Shown here: one piece after another, positions 24,338-34,554 of the stretch
Layout: every line of letters begins with the position of its first letter
Numbering within the stretch: the stretch's first letter is position 1
NCBI RefSeq assembly: GCF_024521635.1
Contig: NW_026250412.1
Coordinates: forward strand, 310,001 to 374,000
Length of the DNA stretch: 64,000 bases
Origin: Tricharina praecox
Taxonomy: Eukaryota
Direction of reading: 5' to 3'
Notes under the pieces: model-generated
What the model saw: the letters and a program-made list of their open reading frames with translations, nothing else
Databases searched by the model: none
Told to the model about the DNA's origin: nothing
Program-made: the position numbers and the translations under genes

Positions 24338-25131
24338 TTATTTCGAAAGCACGCCGACACTCTTTGCATCACCAGCTTTTCCTCCCTCCGGCATTCCGGG
24401 GCCTCCACCGCTGTCGATGCGTCGCATGTAGGCAGCCCGGATGGCTTTCGTCTTCGCGATCTGTTGGCCGTGGGTATCAGTCTCTGGTAGCCGTAGGTAG
24501 GTCATTGTGGAGAGAATTGTAATGCTGGTGTTTTGAGGTGGAGGGAGCAGGATGCCATACCTCCTTGTGGTGGTGAAGACATTCGTAGTAATCGTTCTTT
24601 TGCGGAGCGCAGCGCCAGCGGTTTTCGTTGCTGGTTTCGCTCGTATTGATGACGTAGCATGCGAGGAAGTCTTGCCAGTATGGGTAGCACTACATTGGAG
24701 ACCGATCAGCAGTGTAGACGGCGATGGGTGTAGCGGAGGAGAAGGCGGCAGGAGCAGATAGCGGGGGGATAGTCGGCGCGGACGCAGCAGGACGTGACGG
24801 AGGAACGGATGGCCTGCGAAACCGGTCGTGCGGGCGAGTGCTGGCTTCCCCCATCAGCGGTTCACGAGGTGGACCATTGGGCGCATTCACTGCCGGATTC
24901 ACTGCAGTTTCCCCAGGCCATGACCGTCAAGCGTCTCTACTTCCGCCGCTGCCGCCATCCGTCCGCTCCCTCCGCCCAAGCATCCCTTTCCGCTCCCGCG
25001 GTTTATTCGACCCCACGAACTGAACTGGACGTACCCTTCCAACACCTGCCGAACCGTCAGTCTACCTATCTCTCTCCCGACCCTCCCGCATACGAAGACG
25101 TACCGCCGTTGAGACCGTATCCGGAAGCCAT
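24338..25131 (-). CDS. NDUFS5: NADH:ubiquinone oxidoreductase subunit, NDUFS5 (twin-cysteine small subunit) homologue, 96 aa; exons 25131-25104, 25045-25035, 24689-24561, 24460-24338
   Basis: Spliced translation MASGYGLNGGVGRCYPYWQDFLACYVINTSETSNENRWRCAPQKNDYYECLHHHKEIAKTKAIRAAY...; twin Cx9C plus DYYECLHH motif; canonical GTACGT/GTATGG donors and YAG acceptors. Confidence 0.9.
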
Positions 25132-25829
25132 TGTTCGTGATTCGTGGTGGTATGAGACGAGGGATTGGGAGTGGTACGGGAGTGACGATGGTTGCAGTTC
25201 GAGGGCTTGGCGGCGGGGGCTGGTTAGTGCTAACTAGCGTGTAAATTCATACTGAGGTATGTACTGGTACACACAAGCACTCCTCCGACTAAACAGCTTT
25301 CTCCTTTACCCCGTTCCTACTACTCTCAAAGCCATCACTTTTTCTGATATCGTGGTCGACAATGCTTTGGTTATGGTTGCTATGTACTCTGGCACGATAA
25401 GCCTGGTCCGGTTGGACCTTTTGAAGAGAAACAACTGCCATGATTGGAGTCCATCGCACTTCACAATATCACACGAACAGCTCCCCACTCGTTCGACTGC
25501 TCAGCCAAGCTCTACCCGTACTTATCTCGATGGCGTCTTGTTGGCAGTCTTCGCCACACGACACATTCTCCGAAGCACGATAGGTATGACTCGTACCGCA
25601 GCATGTCCGCATGAAGTTGCATGGAGGCTTAGACGCATAATGATGGTAGGATTGATAGAAATATTACTTGTGCCTATGTACTACTCCACCAGGCAACCAA
25701 CAGCTGTCCTGGAGGTATCCCGGACTGTTTCGTTGACCACAGCATTTAGGCCGGTTCCAAAAGTACAAAGTCCCGCTGTCACCCACGAGTGGTGCTTTTC
25801 AACCGCATACGATCAACTTTTCCACCATA

Positions 25830-28800
25830 ATGTCTATGGACCGTACCTTGTCCTCCGTGTACGATGAAGCTCTTTCTCGATACGAGCAGCTTCATCGGGA
25901 AGGGAAAATCAAAGAGGAGCATCTCATACTTATCCGGGAACGAACAAGCCTCGGCGATGTCCTGTCTACGATCAAACAAGCGGGGGTCAAAAATGAGGGA
26001 GAGCGAAACGCAATGGACCGGCTATTTCGCAGGGTGTCTCCGGAGATTGTCACCAAGATCGAAAGATTTTCGAGCGTCGTCGACACTGCGGTCTCAGCGA
26101 GTGGGTTATATATCACAAGTTACCCTTAAAATTATCACAATTTCTGACTGGAGCTCTAGATCCCGATGTGGCTGCCCTAGTTTGGAGCTCGATCAAGTTT
26201 GTCCTAATCGTGCGGCCTCGGTTTTCCTGTGACTGTATTTCGCTGTTCGGGAATCTGACCACCTATGATACGTGCTAGATCATGCGGGATTGTAACGACG
26301 CATATGCGACAATATGCCGCTTGGTGGAAGAGGTGCCGTTGTGTCTCGAGAGATACCATGCGTATGTGGAAACGTATGGAGTGACAACGCTTTTACGAGG
26401 GAGGTTGGTAAGGTAAGTTGTGCAACTGACATGGCCAACCAATCCAGCAACAGAGTACATACTGACTCCGTCAAGATTCTACGAGGATATCCTGGAATTT
26501 AGCATAGAGGTTGCAAAACTTTATGGACGATCCAAGATAAGTGAGTGGCGACCATGAGTTACGCCCCATGCAAGCCCAGGATAAACATTGAGATTTCTCG
26601 CAGGGAAAGTCGCTACATCGGTCTGGAAATCGTTGCAGGGACCATTCAACGACATCGAGGAGAAAGTTGGGAAACATTCAAGGGAGATCGACTTAGCTGC
26701 ACAGGCCGAGCAGATGATGGCGTAGGCTAATCAGACGAGAATGATTTCCGATGGTATGCATAGAAATAAGAGCTTCTTTGGAACAGAGACTGATGGGAGT
26801 GCGAATAGGCTTTGACCGGATAGGCAAGTATATGATTTGTCTGATACATGTGCCTGATGGTATCAGCGATGCCACAACCCGTACTGACTGACCATCGGTT
26901 CAGGAGGAAGCAATGTTATCCAGCCGCCGGTGGCATCTGGCATCTTCATAGTGCCAGATCTCTTGAGTTACCGCTTTACGGGAAGGTAAGGCTGGAGCAT
27001 TTTCGGAGATACCATAAACTGGCATTTGGAAAGAAAACATCAACTTCAGAAACTAAGCACAATGACCTCTGCTTCCATATCGGGCTCCAAACGGGCGGCA
27101 GTTTATGGGATGCCGGGCGTTGGCAAGAGCCAGATTATACTGGAGTTCGCGCGAGATTATCAGCAAACGCACCCATGCAGTAATGTGTTCCACGTCGACG
27201 CCACCGGACGCGAGAGTCTCACACAAGGCTTCCAAGGGATTCATACCATCCTAAAACTCCCACGGGCAACTCAGCATGAAGCTATGACCGAGTCGGTCAA
27301 ACAGTGGCTCACACGGACGCAACAGTGGCTTCTTTTGGTCGACAATGTGTCCTCAGCGGACGAGGTTCGGCTCTTCCTCCCATCGGGTGGTTCTAGAGTT
27401 ATTCTCTTCGCAATGAGGGATGAGTGGCTGGCAAGAACACTTGGGTCGTCGGGGATGCTGGAACTGCTGCCAATGGATAATGAAGAAGCGACCGATTTGA
27501 TACTGAAAGGGACGGGCAAGGATCCAGCAACATCTACTTCCAAAGATCGTCTCGATGCTGCAGAGATTGGACGGCAAGTTGGTAATCTGCCTTTAGCCCT
27601 TGAACAAAGCGCCGCTTGTATTTCCTACAGGAAGTGGGGGCTATCCAAATATCTGGATCTCTTGCAGCGGGAAAAGGTGGAGACTCTCGGTCTCGGCCCG
27701 GCGCTCGATAATTTCCATTCGCCTTTTCCCCAGACCTTCGCCCTCGCTACTCAGCAACTTTCGTCTACTGTAATGGTCCTGTTGAAATTGAGTGCGCATC
27801 TGAACCATTATAATACCCCCATGTCTCTGCTGCAGGCGGGAATTAGGAATACCATCTTGGAGGTCCCTAAAGCGAAGGATAGCGATGCCATCATCTCAGA
27901 GGCCTTTGAAATACACTCTCCCACCAAATTGAGCAGCAGAACATCCAAGCTTTTTGGAGGAGCCCACCGTGCTTTCTGCCGGGTAGTTTCTAAGAAAAAG
28001 GATTCTGTAGAGCAATCCGATGAAACCAGCAATGCTATCGGTATCGAAAGCGACCGGTCGTACGGTTTTCTCCGGCAGCTTTTCTCGGATTCCGAGCAGT
28101 TTGAGCGTGCAGTCTCGGAACTTCATACGGCGGCTCTGATCGGTCGGAAGCAGGAGGGCAATATCTGGATACACGATCTTGTCTCGGAGATGGCGCTGTA
28201 CGTGATCGGAAAATCCGAACGATATCTTTTTTGCCAATGTCGCCATTCAACTATGCTTTGGGATATTTCCCTACAATCCTGGGGAACCTGCAACTTGGGG
28301 TGCATGCGAAGAAGCCTCGACCCATGCCACAGTTGCCCTGCGACACGCTCATGCAGTGCAGATAGTAGGGTCGCAGTCAGTTTATGACCTTCAAAGTCGC
28401 CTTGCTCAGTATTATATGGAGAGGGGTAGATACAGTGAGGCAATGCCTCTTTTCAGGGTTGCGGTTGCCGGACTTGAAAGTGTCATTGGGTACAAGGAAC
28501 GTTCTTGGAGAAGTGCTGCCAACGGATTAATTAGTACGGCGGTTTGCGATCACCAGTATGCGAGAAGCATTGGACGTTATTGAGCGGGTATTACCTATAC
28601 AAGAGAGAGAGCTTGGGCCGAATCACCAAGTAACTCAGAACACTCTCCACGCCAAGGCTACCATATTCAAAGAGGCTGGACGGTGCGAGGAGGCTCTTGA
28701 GCTGTACGATCGAGTTTTGGCCGTGGGAGAGAAGGCACTCGGGCCGGATGACCCAATAACTCTGATCACTCTTGGTAATAAAGCTAGCGTGCTCTGTGTA

Positions 28801-29214
28801 ATGGGACGGTATACTGAAGCTCTGGAGTTGTATGAGAGGATCCTCCCTGTGCAGGAGAGGGTGCTTGGGCTGGATGACCCATCGACTATGGCCACTCTCA
28901 ACAACATGGCCTTTGTATTGCGCGATATGGGACGATATGACGAGGCTCTAGAGCTGCACAAGCAGAGTTTGACTGCGGAAGAGAAGGTTCTCGGGGCGGA
29001 TCACCCAATGACACTGGTCACATTCAGTAGTATGGCTATTGTGCTCAGTAAGGCGGGACAGCACAATCAGGCTCTGGAGCTGTATGAGCGAGTTGTTGCT
29101 GTGAGAGAGAAGGATCTCGGGTCGGATCACCCTCACACAATCAGCGCTCGGTGGAGTCTTTCTAAATGCAGGGGCATTATCCGGGAACGAGCCAATGACG
29201 GACCCGAAACCTAG
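25830..29214 (+). pseudogene. Fungal NLR-like STAND gene (helical N-terminal domain, NB-ARC, TPR repeats) with an in-frame TAG (26723-26725) and two +1 frameshifts (about 28230 and 28563)
   Basis: N-terminal PDVAALVWSSIKFVLI...FYEDILEF, then FIVP...FTGR, P-loop GMPGVGKSQ, Walker B WLLLVDNV, GNLPLALEQ, MHD-like IHDLV, linker FP...W..C...H, and 42-aa TPRs (EALELYERVL...LGxDHP). Confidence 0.82.
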
Positions 29215-29617
29215 CCGCGGCTGGCAGCACCAGGAAGCCTCTCGAACCAGCACCGCCCACCGTCCGTATTCCGACCGGCATACTCCACATCTTATTGGCG
29301 CGAAGGGGTCGTCCAGCATATCTGAAGATCTCGGAGTAAATCTCGTTAGTTTTCTTTTGAGCCAGGCCAATTATTTGCGTTGTACAGGTTTATTTTATGG
29401 CCTTGTCACGAGAAGTCAAGGAAGGCAGAACATGTATTTATTACTCGTGGTCATTGCGAATTATCTGGAACCGGAGAAGGCGTATCATATGGTGTCTTTT
29501 TTTTGGCTTTTACACCTCATGTTTCTCCTTTTTTGTACCTTCATTTCTCTTTGCTGTAGCTGTCTTTGCTGTCGTTGTCTCCGCCGTTGTTTCTGTTGGT
29601 TTTTGGAGATGCGTCAT
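29215..29617 (-). pseudogene. Possible degenerate ORF relic with four in-frame TAA codons
   Basis: The frame from ATG 29617 reads MTHLQKPTETTAETTTAKTATAKRNEGTKKEKHEV*KPKKRHHMIRLLRFQIIRNDHE**IHVLPSLTSRDKAIK*TCTTQIIGLAQKKTNEIYSEIFRYAGRP. No homology recognised. Confidence 0.25.
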
Positions 29618-30109
29618 TTTCGAGGGCGTCTTGGGAAGATTTCGGTTTCAGTGTGTAATTCACTGGAGGAGCGAACTCCCTAATGCTACCTATTCCAGCG
29701 ACACCGGCTTCAACCTACTGGCGATAGCCAACTGTGGGGGCAGTAATTCGTACTGGGCCTCTGGAGCGGAAGGTCATGTAGTATCATTTGAGAATTTCTG
29801 CTGATCGAAATTTTAACTTATGTACCTACATTACACTGTTAAGTAGGTATGTAGGTACATATGTATTAGGTAGAATGTATTGATGATTACACCCACGGAC
29901 AACGTCTTGTACAATGTATCCATCGCAGACGGGGCGGGCTGCGTGATCTTTCATGAAGATCCCTCCACATCCACACCCTGTGCAATGCAACACCAACAAC
30001 TCGGCCCTCGGCATCGGCATCGGCGACGCGCACATAGGTATCATTCGCCCAACGCAACGTGCTGCGTAGGTACAGTACTCTTGTCACGGGCGCTTAAGAA
30101 GGTGGACGG

Positions 30110-30315
30110 TGGAATTGCTATGTACTTACTAGTAAACCTATGCACTTATAGTTGATAAGTTGATAACCCTACGGTACGTCAGTACCTGCTGAGATTCGCG
30201 GGGCGGCACAGAACAACTACCTATAAGATCGATCATCTAGACGTCGTCACGGCGTTTCTCAATCCCATGATAACTAGACACCGATGTCTACATGCAGCTA
30301 CCTGACGGTATCGAA
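30110..30315 (+). mobile_element. Degenerate Ty1/copia LTR-retrotransposon reverse transcriptase fragment
   Basis: Frameshifted translation TYAL..KLITLRY/YLLRFA..QNNY/KIDHLDVVTAFLNP/LDTDVYMQLPDGIE matches the copia RT motif TYAPV...QxDVxTAFLNGxLxExVYMxxPxG. Confidence 0.8.
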
Positions 30316-31067
30316 CGCCCATGCTCGGAGGCAGAATACATTGCCTGTTTCGAACCTCGATGCGACTCGAAAAGCTTAACGGCTATATAGCACAACTGCA
30401 CAGGGATTTCAGTTGAATTTCATTGGATATATACACATTTACTGGTTTATGTACTGGTTTATTAGTTTGTTGTTTGTACGGACGTTTTCGTTGAGTTGAG
30501 TTGGTACTCTTTCCTAGCAGCCTGCAGGTTTCTCCCACTGGGTTTACATACTGCGTAAGTAGGTTTTAACGAGGCTAACGGGGAATCATTGAGTCATCAG
30601 ACATGTACATATTCCTTTTTTGATTCTTATATGTGCTTGCTGGTTGGTTTTCACGGGGAAATACCGGACGCAGCAAAGGAGGAAGTGTTGTAACATCTCA
30701 CTCGTTGCTTAGTCGCTTACGCACGCGGTCATGACGGCGGGAAGCACTGGCCGCCTACATACCACCCCTCTTTTCTGTCTTCTCTCGAGGCTTTCAGACT
30801 AAAACAATAACTACAATACTTGTTCACACATTCCAAAAGCTCGATGGTGCAACCTGACGAGTGATACAATATGCTACCATCGTGAATAGGTAGTATGTAA
30901 GCATCATGTCTGTGAAACGCGAGCGTATAGGTAGAGTAGTAGAGTACTAGTAGTTCGCGACACAACGACGTTACAAGCTCTCCCACACCTATCCTCACCT
31001 GCACCCCCACCACCCCGCACAGCGCACCACCCCCACCACCAACCACCCACCAACGTACCCAGCAACC

Positions 31068-31562
31068 ATGGGCAAGGACAACAAGAAAGCCGGCGGTAGC
31101 GGCGGCAAAGACAAAAAAGCCGGCTCCGGCTCCGGCTCCAGTTCCAAAGAATCGTCGTCGGGGTCGAAAGACGACAAACTGAAGCCATGCACATCGATCA
31201 ACGTGCGGCACGTGCTGTGTGCGAAGCACTCGCAGATCACGGCGGCGCTGGAGCGGCTGGGTGCCGGCGAGGCGTTCGACAAGGTTGCGCGCGAGTTGTC
31301 GGAGGACAAGGCGCGGCAGGGCGGCAGTCTCGGCTGGCAGATCCGCGGTGCCATGGTCAAGGAGTTTGAGGACGTCGCGTTTAAGCTGCCCGTCTCGAAA
31401 ACGGATAGGCCGAGTTATAATATGGAGCCCGTCAAGTCGGGGTTTGGGTGAGTGGCTTTCGAACTCTAAGGAGGATGGGGAGGTGGGAAAGTGGGCGGAC
31501 GCTGGTGCTGATGGTTACGGGTGTATAGGTATCATGTCATCATGGTCGAGGGAAGGAAGTAG
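31068..31562 (+). CDS. PIN4: Parvulin-type peptidyl-prolyl isomerase PIN4 (Par14), 2 exons
   Basis: INVRHVLCAKHS, FDKVARELSEDKARQGGSLGW, and after an intron FG-YHVIMVEGRK*. Confidence 0.95.
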
Positions 31563-32046
31563 GTACTACTACTACTAAAGTAGGTGCCGAGTGCTGCGAA
31601 TTGGAATATCCTGAGTGTCACGAGCGAGTGAGCTGTGCTGTGTGGGCTGTGCTGTGTGAGCTGTGTGTGCTGTGTGGGCTGTGTGGGCTGTGTGGGCTGT
31701 GTGGGCTGTGCCGTCTATAGATCCCCACCGAGGCGAAACACTCCGTGTGTATGTACATACGAACCACCAAAGGTCCAATACTAGTACCTACTCTCCGGCC
31801 TCTACCCGCCAGAGGTAGGTAGGCATGATACCTACGTTCGACAGTGTCGGAACAGCCATGTAGAGTAGGTAGGTACATATAAGCATGTCCGGCTGCAAAT
31901 TGCAATCACAGCAATGTTCTGGATCCATTATGCACATAATGTTCACATAAATGCCTACCTACCTACCTAGAAGTATGAGCATCGATGCCGTCCGTCTGTT
32001 CTGTTCTGTTTTGTTTCGCCCAATCGTTGCTCGCCCAGCCAGCCAG

Positions 32047-32180
32047 CCAGCCTACATACCAGCCTACATACCAGCCTACATACCAGCCTACATACCAGCC
32101 TACATACCAGCCTACATACCAGCCTACATACCAGCCTACATACCAGCCTACATACCAGCCTACATACCAGCCTACATACC
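32047..32180. repeat. 12-bp minisatellite CCAGCCTACATA x11
   Basis: Direct reading. Confidence 0.95.
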
Positions 32181-32569
32181 TACCAAATACCTACAGCTCT
32201 ATCCATGATCCATCAACTCGCACACCCACCGTGCCGCCTAGGTATCAGATTTTTTTTTGTTTTGTTTTTGTCGGCAACACTGCAGGAAGTGACATGCCAT
32301 GCCATGCCGTAAACCACATGCCAGGCTCCAAGCTCCAGGCTCCAGGAGGAAGCGGAAGCCTGAAGGAGAAAGACTCAAGAGGGATGATGGGAGGAGACTC
32401 AGGAGAGGAGAGGAGAGAGGATGTACGGTACGGTAGGAGGAACCGATTACTTACCTACCTGGGTAGGTGGGTACATTTAGGTACTCCGTTGATGAGAGAA
32501 CGGTAAGTATGTAGGTATATGGAAGCTAAGTAGGTATGTAGGTATATGGAAGCTAAGTAGGTATGTAGG

Positions 32570-33049
32570 CAGTGTTCTCCAGCGTCCAGTCCGGACGGCC
32601 AAAATTCCGGACGGTCCGAGCCTAGGACGGACGAGTCAGTCCCCGTCCGTCCTCCACCGTCGGACGGCCGTCCAAGTTACGTGAATATGTTCGGCTGATT
32701 GAATCCCTCACCGCTCCACAAGGCTCCCCAAGGCTCCCCAAGCTGTAAAAAGCACCTATATAGCAGTATTCCAACTTGGCCGCCTAACTAAGGTGCCGCA
32801 CGGCGGCGCCCGGCCCCTAACTATGTACCTATCACAGCGCTCTATGTAGGCACCATATCTCACTCGTACACATAAAGGCCACACACAAAATCGCGGTTTT
32901 GAGCAGGGCTTGGCGGACGCCGGACGGACGAGACGGCTGTCCGCTGGAAAAGCCTGGGTCGTCACATCCTAGGCTTTTGAGGACGGATGGGAGGCACACT
33001 GTCTGAGGCCGAGGCCCAGGATGGACGGACCAAACGATGGAGAACACTG
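32570..33049. mobile_element. Non-autonomous hAT-like MITE, 480 bp
   Basis: Terminal inverted repeats CAGTGTTCTCCA / TGGAGAACACTG (12 bp perfect, 20 of 24 when extended), many subterminal GGACGG/CCGTCC motifs at both ends, and no coding capacity. No clear 8-bp target-site duplication. Confidence 0.7.
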
Positions 33050-34554
33050 GGTGGTACATATACATAGGCGGCCAGTCCTTCCCGAATCCCGCCGTCATGA
33101 CCGCGCGCGTATTGTATTGTACATAAGCGCCCAAGCAACAAGTGAGATATCACAACACGATCCGCCGTCTCCACCTACCTACCTATCGTGCTAACAACAA
33201 CCCCTCACAACCGTTGACAGTTGTCAAGCCGCAAGCCCCAAGGCCACGAGTCCCTGCATAAGTAGTCGTATGCATATCTATCGATCCAGCACGCTCTCCG
33301 CCGTCCACTCTCCGCTCTCCTTCGTCCGTCGTCCGCCGTCCGTCGTCCGGACCGAAGAATGCGCGCATCTAGGCAAGGTATATACAGCAACATCCATACA
33401 TGATATACAAAGTGTAAACACACCGAGACCGAGTACCAGAGGAGAGTAGAGTAGAGAGACCGCTACCGTACCGTACATACCGTACCGTATTGTACATAAC
33501 TTGGGGAATTTCAAACACCCTCCTAGAGTCTTAACAAGAGAAGAGAAGAGAAGAAGAAGAGAAGAGAAGAAGAGAAGAGAAGAAAGCTAGAACCAAACCA
33601 AACCACAAAAACCCATCCATCCAAAAAATAAAAGCCTATAAAAGCAGAGCTGAGCTGTCGAAGCCCCCCCCCCGTATCGAATCGAAAAGTGAAGTGAAGT
33701 GAAGAAGAAGGGTCTAAAGAAAAAGAAAAAGGAGACTAAAGAATATGGCCGAAAAAAAGCTGACACAAGATCACGCACCACACCACACAATCCCTCCCCC
33801 CTAAACCTACATAGAATCCGAGCCACGGACCACGGGAGAACATCCCTTCTCCTGTCCTTTCCTTCTGTACAAACTACTATACCATACCATACCACCCTCA
33901 GAATGCCCCAGACTCCAATACCCATCCAATACCCATCCAATCCAATCCAATCCAGTCCAATCCAACCGTCCCAGAAACCCTGATATATCCCCCCCAGCCC
34001 CAACCCCGACCCCGACCCGCAAACCAACCCTATCCTATCCTACCCTACCCTATCCTATCCTATCAATACAGCTCACCATCCATTGATTAACCCCACCGGC
34101 AACCATTGCTGTCTGTCGATGAAAACCCCCGCCCATGAACCCTCCCAGAAGGCTCCCCAACAAGAAAATATGTCCCGTTTCCCTCGCCATCTCCGAGAAG
34201 AGAAGAAAGAAAGCAAACGCCGGAACCGATAGATATGAAAGAATAAGAAGAAAAGAAGAAGAATAAGAGAAAAAAAAGAAAAACCTCTTTGAGAAATGAC
34301 GATGCCGTAGGAAAAAAAAAGAAAAGTGGAAATACAGTAGTAGAAGCAGACCCAAAAATGAAGCCCAGGGAGAAGTCCTGGATACGCCATGCAAAAGAAA
34401 TATGCGAGAGGGTATCATCCGGAGTAGCAAAAAAGACGTCAGGGAATACGCAGGCGAAGCAGTTAAGAAACCCCGAGGTAACCCCCTCTAATAAACGTAA
34501 ATATCCGGAAAAGGACGAAAAGACAAAAAGAGAAGGATGGCGATGGAGATGGTG

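Noticed and set aside
24794..25237. 147-aa plus-strand ORF
   Set aside because: Antisense to the exons and introns of the NDUFS5-like gene; no recognisable domain.
25259..25867. 202-aa ORF upstream of the NLR as a possible effector or amyloid partner
   Set aside because: No HeLo, SesB, gasdermin or amyloid-motif features and no clear codon bias; it overlaps the shared promoter region.
31951..32506. ORFs with (AYIP)n or (QPTY)n repeats
   Set aside because: By-products of a 12-bp minisatellite in an intergenic region, with no coding features.
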